A model generated the notes under the pieces. That model saw only the letters and a list, made by a program, of their open reading frames with translations. It made no database searches and was not told the origin of the DNA. The translations under genes and the position numbers were made by a program. A DNA stretch of 64,000 nucleotides from Lama guanicoe. Its lineage: Eukaryota. Location: contig MU054662.1 in NCBI GenBank assembly GCA_013239625.1, positions 11,025,798 to 11,089,797 on the forward strand, read 5' to 3'. The first letter of the stretch is position 1. The number at the start of each line of letters is the position of its first letter. Shown piece after piece: positions 37,055 to 50,319 of the stretch.

Positions 37055-38052
37055 TATCTGTGTATCTTTTTTGGTGAGGTGTCTGTTAAGGCCTCTGTCC
37101 CATTTTTAATCAAGTTGTTTGTTTTCTTATTTTTTTTTTAACATTTTTTATTGATTCATAATCATTTTACAGTGTTGTGTCAAATTCCAGTGTTCAGCAC
37201 AATTTTTCAGTCATTCATGGACATATACACACTCATTGTCACATTTTTTTCTCTGTGATTTATCATAACATTTTGTGTATATTTCCCTGTGCTATACAGT
37301 GTAATCTTGTTTATCTATTCTACAATTTTGAAACCCCAGTCTACGTTTCTTATATATCTTGGACAGCAATCCCTTATCAGATACGTGTTTTACAAATATT
37401 TTCTCATAGCCTGTGGCTTGTATTCACATTCTCTTGGTCAGGCCTTTTGTAAACAAGACGTTTTGATCTTAATGAAGTCCAGCTTATCGATTATTTCTTT
37501 CATGGATCATGATGTCAGTGTCGTATCTAAAAATTCACCACCAAACCCAAGGTCATCGAGATGTTCTCCTGTTACCTTCTAGGAGTTTAACCGTTTTGCA
37601 TTTTACATTTAGGTCTCTGCCCCATTTTGAGTTAATTTCTATAAGGCTAAGGTTCTGTCTCTAGATGCCTTTTTTTTTTCAGCACATGGATACCCAGTTG
37701 CTCCACTTGACAGAAAGACTGTCTTTTCTCTATTGCACGGCCTTAGCTCCTTTGCCAAAAATCAGTTGCTTATATCTGTATGGAACTGTTTCTCCCTATT
37801 CTGCTCCATTTATCTATTTGTCAGTGCTTTTGCCAATACCATACTGTCTTAATTACTGTAAGCTTCATAATAAGTCTTGAAATCACGCAGTATTAGTCCT
37901 CTGACTTTTTTCTTCTCTTTCAACATTGCCTTGGCTACCCTGGGTTTTCCACCTCTCCCATATACACTTCAGAATCAGTTTGTTGATAGTTAGAAAATGA
38001 CTTGCTGGGATTTTGATTGGGATTGCATTGAATCTATAAATCAAGTTGGAAT
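37055..38052 (-). mobile_element. L1M ORF2 fragment with nested younger L1 3' fragment (about 37131-37342)
   Basis: ttttacatttaggtct, gttaatttct, tttgattgggattgcattgaatct; the insert resembles the 13454-13647 element. Confidence 0.88.
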
Positions 38053-38489
38053 AAGTTTTTTTTTAAAGAAGACAAAGATAAAATTTTAAAGGGGAATTTC
38101 AAGCATTGGACGTTTGTGAGGCTTTTCGAGACTACTAGTGCTTTTCAGAGATCTGTGATGCCCCATTACAGCTGGTGCTGGGAGACCACAGTTGTCTTTA
38201 CCATTAGTTGTGATCTGGAGGACTGCAGATCTCAGGGCAATTTCTCTGGGCCACTGAGTATGGGTTTTGCCTCAAGAAGCAGTTGCTGACCCAGCCTGGA
38301 TGCTTCTTCAGCCACTGTTCTCATTTCTTCTTCTCATGGTTGGGTTTCTTGAGCTGTCTAGACTCACTGTCCCCACATCGTCTCTTCCCATCCACTCCCA
38401 AACCTACCACATGTGGGCTTCTGCTGGCACTCCTCCGTTCTTGCTGGCTACTCGTGACTCTCTGATGGCCTCTCCGCGGGCCCCACATC

Positions 38490-39577
38490 ATCAGCCACCC
38501 TCTCTCCCCTGAGGCTCCTCCTCTGTGGTCTCCACGTCCTGCTTCTCCCCTGCACTCCTGAACAACTTCTCCATCTCCTCCTCACACTCTCTCCCTCCAT
38601 CAGTGCACTCACGTTGACGTTCTCCAGGACTGGCCTCAGTCCTGTCTGCACCGGGCAAGCTCATCCTGCTCCATGGCTTCAGTTATGACCTATATTACAG
38701 GTTTCTCAAACCGCCACCTTCAGTCAGGGTCATTTTCTTGAGAGCCTCTACCTCCACTTGCCATTAGGATGCCATCAGCTAGATGCCCTATCGGTATTTC
38801 AAACTTGACATCAATTTTTTCCCCTTCCTCTCTCCTAATTTGAACTTGTTCTTTTTTCTGTGCTTTCTGATAAACAGACCACAACCACTCATATCAAAAC
38901 CCTGGGAGCTCCCCTCAGCTCCTCTCTCTGCTTTATTCTCCCACATCCAAATAGCCACCAAGTTCTGTCAGTCGCTCTTAAATGTATCTTCAGTTGCTGA
39001 TTGTCACATCCACCTGGCCCAGGCCCTTATCATCTTTCACTGCTGCAGCAGCTTGTTAATCCATCTCCTGGCCTCCTGTCTTCCTTCCTTCCTACTCATT
39101 CTTTACTCTGCCCTAAAAGTAATCTTTCTAAAACACGTATCTGGACATGTAACTCCAGAGCTTAAATGCCTGTAAGGCTCCTGATACCCTGAGAGATAAT
39201 GTCTAGCTTGCCCCACCAGGCCTCCACGAGCCCTCCTTCCAGGTCCCAGGTTCACATTCTTCTCCAACCTCGCCCACCCGTCAAGAACCCCACTCTTCAG
39301 CCACATGAAAATGCCTGCAGTTCCCGGAACCCTCTCTGGAGTTTCAGGTCTAAGTTGCTTCTCGGTTTCTGATTCTTAAGATACCTGGCTTGCCCTGCCC
39401 ACCTGCTGGGCTCCACTATGTTTTCTAATTACTCATTTACATGTCTGTGCCCACCCCACCCCACATCCCCACCAAGACTATGAAGCCTTGAGACAGGTAG
39501 GAGCCACGTTCCACATTCGTCTTTGTTTCCCGGGAGCCTATCCTGGTACCTGGAAATGTCTGTTGAGTGAATGAATG
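38490..39577 (+). mobile_element. Long L2 fragment
   Basis: ccatggcttcagttatgacc, cacatccaa..caccaagttctg, aatctttctaaaac, ending tgttgagtgaatgaatg. Confidence 0.8.
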
Positions 39578-41639
39578 CGACAGGGTGACAGTGGCACCTT
39601 TCAGTAAAGAGAAAAGTGGTGCTGATGTAAAACGAGAGATGGTCAATTATTTTGGGCAGAGGCGTGGGAAGAGCGTGCGGAGAGAGCGTCCTGCTCTTAC
39701 TCAGTGCATCCTGCCCTTCCAGACCCAGTCCCTCAGGGGGCCGAGGAGCCATCAGGCACAAATCAAATTTTTGTCCTGCTTCCCCCGATCGCCTGCCCCG
39801 AACCACCACACTTGTCGTGAACTATTTCGGGGCCTCAGATTCCTCATTTGTAAAAGAAAAGGGTTGAAACAGGCATTCCCTTAACTCTCTTCAAGCTCCC
39901 GTAGTTGGTGTTTCTGTAGTGAGGAGTCGGAAACATAGAAGGAATAAATGAGGCTCAGGTATGAACAGCTTAGAAAGTCGAGGGAATCAGAAGAATAAAG
40001 AAGGAGAGGAGATACTCATGCATGGATAAAAGTTTCATGTTTTTCTGCAGAAGGTAAGAGGATGGCTAAGGCAAGAGAAAGACGCTGCTTGAACCTAGAG
40101 AAGGTGGCTTCAGGAGGAGACCTATAAAGGAATCTGAGAAAGGGAGGTGATGGCAGTCACGGTAAAAGATGGAGAAAACATTAAAATGAGCAGATCGTGT
40201 GGAAGAAGAGCCAACAGTTCTTGGAAGACTAACTGGTGGCAGAGAGCAAAGGCGGACAGAGTTGCCTGCTGCTGTTTGTTGTGGAAACAGCAAGGCTGCG
40301 GGGAAGGAAACCCAGGCTCCTCCTTCCACGCCCAGACGGCCGGCGGCAGAGCGTGTCCGGTGAGCGGCAGGCTAGAGGTGTAGCGTGTCACCCGTTCGCC
40401 GCTGGCTACCTTCCCCGGGGTTGTCCTTTCTGACTAATGGCCAGAAGAACGTGGCAGATGAAAGCACACAGGGTCAGGTTACAGAGATAACCAAACAGAG
40501 CCAGGTGACCACGACCCGCTGGGCCGTCCTGAGTCATTGCCACTTACGGATTTTACACTAACGTAAAGGGATGAGGTAAGCCCAACACTCAAGGGAAAAA
40601 TAACTCCTCGTTGAGAAAAACCTGATTTGCACACAGCCCTTGAGGAAATGTACCCAGCCACATAAGGGCATCCTTCATCCCTCTGGGGCCTCACCTTCCA
40701 CATGTGTTAACGTGAAGAAGTAAAATGAAAGAAGCTGTGAGACTGAGACGTGACTGTAATTAACACACACGTCACAAAAGAGGAGCGGGGCATTTTCAGA
40801 GCTGGCCTCCAGAGACCCCAGCATCAGACTGGCTGAAGCAGAGCTTCGGAAACTCATAACCAGAGACCTGGGAACTGCTTTACCCTGCTTGGACACCCGT
40901 CTGTGAGATCTGCCCCAAGCTCCACGGTGTGTCTTTTCACCTGGTTTGTTCAGAACTAAAAGGAAAGGGATGAGAATATAAGGACTTTCGAAGAGGCGCA
41001 GAGGTGCACACAGTGGCAGGAGGAGCCACGAGCCCTTTCCCAGTCTAAGTTCTACACGTTCTATGATTTTCCCAGGTCAGCCATTCCACTACTTTTCCTC
41101 CCTAGTGAATTCTTTTAAAATTATGCCATGATACTTCCAGGCTTAAGGCAGGTTTGAAATTGAGATTAGGCTAAACAGCAGAGCTGAAAAGGGAAAATGT
41201 ATTAAAATAGTAGATTCAAATCGCCGTGAAGCCAGTGGGAGACAAGCATAAAGCCGGAAGGGTCCACGTGAGAACAAGAAGACAGAATATCCCTTTGGCC
41301 CAGAGATGACCTTCACACCTTAGAGGTGCAGCCTGCTTGGGCCAAGACTCCCTTCCCCGGAAGCTCCAGGCCTAGTCCCTGACCGAGGCCCTCCAGGCCT
41401 CCATGAACTTAAAGCACAGGTCGGTCTGTCTCTCCGGCTGGGCTATACGGTCTGCCAGGCAGAGGCCATGTCTGCCTTGCCCACGTTTGTGTCTCCCAAA
41501 TAGGAGCTCAATAAACACATGCTGAATGACTGAAGGAAGGAAGGAACGACAGCCTGCTGCCATGCACCTTTCGGCATGGTCCAGAGTCACCAGGGAGCAA
41601 GTGCAAAGCGCATGTCACAGTCGGGTACCCACATCTGAA

Positions 41640-41775
41640 GACTAACATCTTTGGAGGGTGAGGCCTGGACATCTGCTTTTTTGTACAGATCACAAGCTAA
41701 GAATGGCTTTATTGTTTTAAAGGGGTTGAGAAGAAGAGAGGAGGAGGAGGAGACGGATCTTTGGCACACCCAGCT
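41640..41775. mobile_element. MER58-type hAT-Charlie fragment
   Basis: tttttgtacagatcacaagctaagaatggctttattgttttaaagggg. Confidence 0.5.
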
Positions 41776-41941
41776 GTACAACCTAACGCTCTGCACATCA
41801 GTTTCTACATCTGAAAAGTGGGATAATGACAGTAAATACCTTGCTGACTGTTATGAGGATGTGGAAAGGGCTCGGACGAGTGCGCAGTGCAGAGTAAGGG
41901 CTATGTGACTGATACGTGGAGCACGAACAGCAGTGAGACCC

Positions 41942-43064
41942 TGTAATGATGTACTTCACGTGTCAACTTAGCTAAGCTACGGTGTTCGGTTGGTTGGTCA
42001 TTGCTGCTGTGAATATATTTAGGTGTGATTAACATTTAACAATCATTGGAAAACTGTATGAAGTTTCCTTAAAGAAATAAAACAGAACTACCAAAGGGTC
42101 CAGAAATTCCACTTCTGGGTATTTATCTGAAGAAAACAAGAACACTAACTCATAAAAGATACCTGCACCCCCACAGTCACTGCAGGATTATTCACATTAG
42201 CCAAGATACGGAAGCAACCTAAGTGCCCACTGACGGGTAGATGAATAAAGAAAATGTGAAATATTTTAAAATATAATTCAGCCACCAAGTGAAATAAGTC
42301 AGACAGGAGAACAAAGATCATATGATCTCACTTATATGTGGAATTTAAAATAACCACCCCAAAAAACAAAAAACAGCCAGCTTATGGTTACAAAGAACAG
42401 ACTGGTGGTTGTTGGAGGTGGAGGGTAAGAGTGGTAAAAATGGGTGCAGGTGGCCAAAAGGTACAAACTTCCAGTTATAAAATAAGTCCTGGGGATGTGA
42501 CGTACAGCACGGTAACTGCAGTTAATAATACTGTATTGCATATTCGAAAGTTGCTGAAATAGTCTTAAAAGTTCCCATCACAAGAAAAAAATTTTGTGCC
42601 TATGTATGGTGATGGTGGTTAATAAGATTTACTGCTGTGATCATTTTGCAGTATATACAAGTATCCGATCATTATGCTGCACACCTGAAACTAACATAAC
42701 GTCACGTGTCAATTCTATCTCAATAAGAAGAAATCTTAAGTAGGAAAACTACAGGAAAAAAACCCATTTTCAATCAGTAGCCAACTTTGAGTAAAGTGGA
42801 TTATCCTCCGTCATGTGGGTGGGCTCCATCCAATTAGTTGAAGGCTTTAAGTAAATACACTGAGGCCCCCAAAAGGGAAGAAATTCCTCCAGACGCCAAA
42901 CTGCATCAGCTCCTGCTGGAACTTCCAGCCCAGCAGCCTGCCTGACAGATTTAGGACCTGCCAGCCCCACGACTGTACGAACCAGTTCATCTCTCTATCA
43001 TTGCTACCCACGGATCATCTGTATCTTCTATTGGTTCTGTTTATCTGGAGAACCCCGTGCAACA
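41942..43064 (+). mobile_element. MLT2 (ERVL) LTR split by an L1 insertion
   Basis: 5' part tgtaatgat...tgtcaacttagctaagc (41942-42045); 3' part atgtgggtgggctccatccaattagttgaagg...tattggttctgtttatctggagaaccc (42771-43064). Confidence 0.85.
42046..42764 (+). mobile_element. L1MA-like 3' end inserted in MLT2
   Basis: ccacttctgggtatttatctgaag, aggtacaaacttccagttataaaataag, cacctgaaactaacataac; degenerate TSD catttaacaatca / cattttcaatca. Confidence 0.9.
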
Positions 43065-43339
43065 CTGATGCCAAGTCCCAGTACAGCTCCTGGTTCACAC
43101 GCTGCAGGGGAAGAGCTCGTTTGCCTGCCCTGCATTGTCTGTTTTCTTCTGCCTTCTTTTCTTCGTTTGCTTCGTCTCTGTCTTTCATGTTGGAGACCAT
43201 CCGCATCCGTAATCCCTGCCTGACCGTGGAAACAATGTATCATGTAGTTGATGGAAACTGCGGATAGGGTTATCAGCCGGTCGCCCGTCGGCTTTATTTA
43301 CTGTGGGGTTTCCAGGCATGGACTTGAACTCTTCTGGGG

Positions 43340-45240
43340 GGAAGCTATGTTTGTATGTTGTTGGGAGTGAAAGAATTTATCAAAGAAATAAATGTGGGCA
43401 TATTTCCAAGAATTTAAGTACATTAATTTCTAGATGAAGAAAGACTACCGTATGCTCAGCACGTGAATGAAAAAAAGACCCACATCAAGACAACGGTCAT
43501 GAAAGCCTGGAACGTTGAAAACACAGGAAAGGTGCTTGCGTATGTTTCCCGGAGCATGTTTGCGAGTGTCTCTAGAACAGACACCTAGAACTGCCGGAGT
43601 CTGCTCGACTGCACTTCACCGGATTAGCAGATATTGCCACACCGCTCTCCTGTGTGTACCCACGGACAGCAGTGAGTGGGAGCGTAATCACTTGCTGTTT
43701 TGCAATCTAATTGTTGTGAATGATACTTAATTATCATTTTAATTTGCATTTTTCTATTTATTAGTGAGGTGGGGCATAGTTCCACATATTTATTGTTCAG
43801 ATTCATTTCTCTGTGAACTGCTTGTAAATATCCTTCGTTCATTTTTCTTACTAATTTGCATAGTTGTTTATGTATGATAGATATTAATCCTTTTTTAGTT
43901 ATAATGTGTTAACAAAAGTCTTTTCCCACTGAATAGCTTTTCTCTTCACTTTGTGTTTCTAATGTTCTCTATATTTTCTTCTAAGTTTTGCATGTTTCTT
44001 TTCAAAAAATTAATACCTCTGGATTATACCTTTTTTATGTATTATTTAGAATAGGGATCCAGCCTTCCTCCCATTCAGATAGGCATCGTTCCTTAAGCAG
44101 CCATTTTCCACTGACTTGTCATGACACCAAGCTGAGGGATACACATACCTGGATCTCTGTCTGGGTTCTCTGTTCTCTGTGTTTCTCTTTGCATATCCAT
44201 GTTACAGTCCCGTGCTCATTTAATTACTTTACTTTCTAAGTGAGTCTATCTGGTAAGATTAATTCTTCTCCATCGTCTCTTCATCTATACAATTGCTTTG
44301 GATATTTTTAAATATTAAATTTAGAATTAGATGACCTGACAAATCATGTGGGAAAAAAAAACTTACTGGTAATTTTATTTTTTGCATTGAAGTTTAATTT
44401 GGAAGATATATAGTCTATTTAAAGTTATGTTAAAGTTCTTTAAATTTCTTTAAGTTCCTTTTAATAATTTTAAATATACTTTTCTCTACAAATGTCTTTT
44501 GCATCATTGTTAGAATTATTCCTAGGTACTTGACAGTTTTTGCTGATGTTGCAAATGGAATCTCTTTACAGGATTATACTTCCCATTTGATAATTTTTGG
44601 TCAGTAAGAACAGTAATGATTTTTACATATTGATTTTATATACAATGTTTCTAAAATTCTTTCATTAGTACTAACATTGGGATTGTAGGCTCAACTATTC
44701 CAAATAAACAATTATATCTCCTGGAAAACAATGGCAGTTTTGTTTTATCCTTTCCGATCTCCCTTCTTTCTTCCTACTGAATCAATTTTAATGACTACGG
44801 GTTGATTCATGTTCTTTTTTTCTTGAATCAGTTTTTTAAAAATCCTATTTTCCTGGAAAATTGTCAATTTTGGCCAAGCTTTTATTTTGTTTATTTATTT
44901 GTCTATTTACCTTATTAACATTTAGAATATCTTTCACTATCATATATACATGTTAGGCTATGAGTTTTCCTGTAACTACTGCTTTATCAGCATCCTGTAA
45001 GTTCTTATCCTATTTTCCTTATGATTTAGTTTTAATTATTTTATAATTTCAATCTTTGTTTTTTCTTTGACACGTGAAGTACTCAGGAGTATGTTTTAAA
45101 TACTAAAAAAATACTTTCACTATGGTCAGAGAACACGGTTCTATGATATCAATTCTTTTGATACTTGTTAAGATTTGCTCTGCAGTATACGAGTCGTCAA
45201 TTTTTAGAAATATTGTATGTGCAATTAATAAGAAACTATT
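43340..45240 (-). mobile_element. Cluster of old L1ME/L1M fragments (mostly minus; short plus-strand ORF1-like piece at about 43380-43530)
   Basis: ttttaatttgcattttctatttattagtgagg, ttattcctaggtacttga, tatggtcagagaacacg; AT-rich and degraded. Confidence 0.7.
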
Positions 45241-48200
45241 TGTCTAACATAGATTTTCCAGTCAAATGTTAATTTCACTTTTTTTGCGTCCTTATGAGAA
45301 TCTGGTGTCACTTATAAAGAGTATACATTCATATATATAAATCACTTTTTAAAAATATTTTTCAGTGGTTTTTCTTTAACATCAATATTTCTTAAGTCCT
45401 CAAACTAAGAAGTTCCCCAGAGAAGGATATGCTTTATTTTTTATTTGATGGTAGAACTCTAGGTTGAAATTATTCAACAAAATACAACTGGAGTAATGTG
45501 AGAAAATGTTGAATTTTTCATACCATAGAATAAAGCTGGCTATTTTTGTGGGCTTGAAATTCTAAATATGTGGTTTGTGGTTGTGCCCTAAGTCAGTTTT
45601 AAATTTTGAGCATAAATATTTAAATGAGAGCTTCTATGATTGTATTTTTGGTATTATTTATTTATTATCATATTTATTTTTAAAATAGGCTTTTCAGTTG
45701 AAGAAGTTGTTGTTCCACGTACTAGAGAAGTGTTTTAGAGGGTAGTTAGGCAATAGATGTGGTAATTTGATCTGTCATCAATATCAACTAACTCAATGAG
45801 TTGACAATTAATGTTCAAGAACAGTTCTCTAGGGTTGTAGAAGTACAGAATGAGCTTTGATTAAATTTCTTTAGCCATTCATCAACTACAACAAAGACCT
45901 CAGGATTTGCTATTGTGAGTCTGATCATCAAGCGTGAACATTTTCTGCATGTTTTCGAGGTCCTGACTCTCATACCCACCAACGTTCTCATTCCTGGGGC
46001 CGCTGCTCTGGGTCTGACCCTCGTCCTCTCTCACTTGGACGGTTTTCATGGCCTTCCTGGCGGTATCCTGCTTCCACTAGCTCTCCTTTTTCAATCCAGC
46101 ATGGACCCTGGCACCAGACCTCTTAATCTTTTTTTAAGAAATGAATTGTATGAACCAATGATGGTAGTGTGTCCTTGATTAAGTATTATTATTAACCAAG
46201 GTATGTGCATGTAATTAAAATGTAACACTTATGTAAATTATAAAACATAATAAATATTCATGAGCTCACCACCTAGCCTAGGTAGACTATATATACTGAT
46301 GGAGCCTCCAAGCTGACCCCCAGGGACCTCATTCCAGGGGCTCTGTCTTCTCTTAATGCCTCTCTGAATCCTCTGCATCAGGAGGGCAAATGAGGGGCAG
46401 AGAACACAGTGGAAGTTCCAGGCCTGCAAATGGAATACAACCCTTTGCCTGGAGAGGCTAGAACTTAGTCACATGCTGTGTCTAACTGAAGCAAACCCAG
46501 GAAACAGAGTCTTGCTGGTTCCTGGGAAGAAGAGGAAGTGGGTTTGCTGACATTTAGCCAGTCTCTGCCAAATCAAGGATGGTTTTCATAATGACGACAG
46601 CTTTCTGGAAAGGGGAGCACCCTGTCACCGGAAGTTGTCAGGGGCCAGATCACCGTCCACCTGATAGAGCGGAGGTGGTTACGTATCGGGTAGAAAGCTG
46701 CACTAGATTATCTTTGAGGCGTCTTCCAGCTTCAGAGAAAACTCCAGGTCACCTAATAGCCATAGCAAGAAAAGATAATTAACACGTTCACAAATCGTGG
46801 TCCCATTTGCCCTTCTATTCTTAAGGCCAATTAGCTGTTTAGGTAAGGCTTTTACTATGATTAGAGGTGGTAACAAATGTTTGGGTAGATTTGTGAATTT
46901 CAGATATATTGAGGACATGTGAGTACACTTTTGTGTATTATTATTATAATCAGGCCAAAATATTTACTTAAGTGAATAATTGCCTCTGGTGATGAAAATA
47001 TAAACTAAAGCACAGTGAATACGCTTGCTAATTACCAGCCTTTGTTGAATCGTTACGGCATTAATGTCACGGTCTGAGTGGTAGCTGCCTTAATACAGCA
47101 GTCTTTATACTAACCCTTAATTACAGGACATCAGGGAGTCTCACAAAAAGATTCTCTCTCACTACGCCAAAGATTCAAGGGGCTTTATGGCGGGGGGGGG
47201 TGCTTTAAAGTTTCAGTCCTTACCCTGAATTCTCTTTTATCAGATTCCTTTGTCATGTGAAAACTTGGTCATTATACCACCTGGCCATTAGTAGCACAAG
47301 AAATACTGCAAAAGGGGGAAGCTCAAAGATGGAATGGAGCAGTTTCTACCATTTTTATAACGCTTTATACTATATATTATATAATATACCCATTACATAT
47401 TTTATATTTATACATACATTATACCTCTATATATTATAAAGCGTATTCATTCCTTCTGTCTTTCAGCCGATATTTACTGAGTTTTCAGTTGTAAGAGGCA
47501 GTGCATTAGGCACTGGAACTTAACCTGAGTAAGATTCAATTCTTTCCTCAAGGAGCTCTTAGTCTTGTAGAGGAATACAAACACGTTAAAAAAAAAATAC
47601 GTCAGAAATCTCTACAAAGTACAACAGAGCACAAAGGGTGGAGTGATTATTTCTAACCGGGGGACCAGGAGGTTGAGAAGAGAGAAGTTTAGAAAGTGTA
47701 ATGGCTGGGCTGAGTCACTCATTATCTGTTCTGATAAGTCACATCTGTTCTGCGAGGCAGATGTGACTGCTATCATTCAGATAAAGATAAAGAAACCAAG
47801 GCTCAGTGGAGTCACAGGAGCTGCCCAAGCAGAGCTGGATGCTGAGTCCAGTCCCCCAGGTTCTTGCTCCACTTACGCAGACTACGCATAGGTTGCTAAG
47901 CTACAGACACACAGCAGAGCTATGGGCCCAGGTCCAGAGCTCTGCACACACCTGCCTTTCGCTCCCTCCTCACTGGGTTAGTTAAGTTCTTTCGGGGGGC
48001 AAGGCTAGATAAGCTCTCTCTTGAGGAGACAAGGCTCTGTGGGCTGGTAATGCTCAACGAGGCTGCAGCATTGCTGTCACGGCAGCTCCCTCCTCTCCCC
48101 TCTTGGGTTCCCATTCACAGGACACAGCCAAGTTCCACTTCTCCGTAAAGCCCTGGCCTTGCAGAGCCACCTCCTGCTCCGATCTTCCCCAGCACTGAAA

Positions 48201-48291
48201 CAGACCTCAACTGTCCCTTAGCTGATGATTCTCACCCGTGCCCCTCCCACCTTTCCCAGGCTGTAGACCCCCCAGGCAGGGGTCATCTTGT

Positions 48292-48640
48292 AAGATACAC
48301 GGTCAGCTGACATTCAACAAGAGCACCAAGAACGCCCAGTGGGGAAAGGGCAGTGTCTTCAACAAAAGGTGTTGGGAAAACAGGACAACCATATGCAGAA
48401 CATGGAAACTGGACCGCTATCTCACACCATTCACAAAGGAACTCGAGACAGATCAGAGACTTAAACACAAGACCTGATTCCGTAAAACTCCTATAGGAAG
48501 ACAGACGGAAGAAGCCCCTTGACACTGGTCTTGGCAATGATTTTTTGGGTGTGACACAAACACAAGCACCAACAAGAAAAGCAAAAAACAACAAATGGGA
48601 CATTAAGCTTAAGAGTTTCTGCCCAGCAGAAACAATTACA
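48292..48640 (+). mobile_element. L1 ORF2 fragment
   Basis: Translates [47 protein letters not shown], typical of the L1 ORF2 C-terminal region. Confidence 0.9.
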
Positions 48641-49849
48641 ATATGACCAGGCAGTCCTGGGGGCTTCTGAGCAGAAGAGTCATGGACTCTCGGGGCGAAG
48701 TGAGGAAGGGACTGTTGAAGGTGGAGACACGGTGGGGAGGCTGCTTCGGGGTGAGGTAGTGAGGACCTGCAAGGAGGTGAAGAGCAGTGGGGCTGACGTC
48801 AGCCCCGTGTTTTGTGGGCTGGCCACAAGTCAGCGGCTCCCTGCTCTTCTTCACCACCTGTCTGTCCTTTACAGACCGGCCCAAGTCCCCACGTCTGCAC
48901 GGAGGATAAGACCCCCAGGCAGGGGGTGTGCCTCCCGCTCCTCCCTGGGCGGGGTCCTGGCAGAGCACCTGGGAATAAAGTACTGGATTCGTCTTGCTGA
49001 TGATGATCCTCCCAAAATACCCTCTGGCTTGAAACAATCCTCTTGAACCCAGAGATCTATTTCTCCGGCTCAGATTATAATCCTGAATGAGTGATGGTAG
49101 AAAAAAATGGGCGAAAGAACAGCCTACTAATAACTCAGAGAGCTCAGATTTAAAGACGCGGCAATCCTTTAATCCCAGGTGAAGCTGCTTCCGCTGCAAG
49201 CCCCGGAGTCCACATCGCCGTGGAGAAGAGCCCTGGCCGCAGTCCCCGGCCGCCTGCTCCCCACACGGGGCAGGGAACGTTAGCTGTCCCAAAAGCGGGC
49301 GTGACGGGCTGGCCACTTGGGGTCAGGTGGGGCTGGACACTGTCATTTAAGCCATAGCCTGCCTCCATCTCTTCTGGGAGCAATTGGTATGATCAATACC
49401 ATCCTGACAGAACCCTCATCCTGTCTTGGCACAGAGGTAGCCTGATATTCACCAAGGCTCTTCCACCCAGAAATCCTGCTTCATAAGCAGAGGAACCAGT
49501 GCGCAAGACTGCAGCCAGGGTCACTGAGGCATGCCGCATGGTGACAGAGTGATGGAGTTTCAAGGAGGGAGGGACATTCTCGGCACCACGTCTACCCTCC
49601 TGTCTCAGGCAAGACTGCACTGTCAGCTAACTTGGCTTCTTTATATCACCTGCATTTCCATTTTACTGGAGGAAAGTAGCATTTGGATTAAAAAATATAA
49701 AAAATATAAACTGATCCCCAAATCTCAGAGATCTTTGGGCAACTGAAATTGTGTGTCCATGTATATTAACTTGTAAGTGTGCACTAGGGTAACAGTGATT
49801 GCAAATGGATGTGTAATATTAATTATCGCATAGTATAGTGGACATTAAT

Positions 49850-50282
49850 TATTTGTGATCATCCTACAGCTTCCAATTCCTCCTGACATTTTGATAATTT
49901 ACCATATTATGAGTCCTCTCTTTCCAAGGTAGATACCAGAAAAGTGTCACAACTGCATGCCGCACCCAGCTACAGTGTAGTCACATGACCTACGTTCCGG
50001 CAAACAGACACATGCTCACGAGAAGTGTATTCAGAAGAAGGGGGAGACGGCTACACGAGAGCAGCCATTCTTCAAGCAGGTGCAGCAGCAGAAGACTCCA
50101 GATCTGCAGCAACAGCGCTGGTCCCTGGGTGTAAACTGGTGTGAACTGGGTGCTGCTGCCCACCTTCAGGGTCTGGCTCTTTTGGCCTCCAGATTAGATG
50201 AGTTACCTAAAATTCTTCAACCATATTTTTAGCTTAAAGTGCCAGAACAGCTTCTGCTGTTTGCCTCTAAAGACTCTGACAG
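49850..50282 (+). mobile_element. Old ERVL/MaLR LTR (LTR33-like)
   Basis: gtcacatgacctacgttcc...cttaaagtgccagaacagcttctgctgtttgc...ctctgaca. Confidence 0.45.
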
Positions 50283-50319
50283 GTGCACTGACTGTTGCTA
50301 CAATTTTTGACAGTGGCTC

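Noticed and set aside
48636-49316. 226-aa minus-strand ORF, and 30637-31212, 31540-32082 and other 60-190-aa ORFs
   Set aside because: No recognisable domain, often no ATG start, and low-complexity composition expected by chance in GC-rich or repeat DNA.
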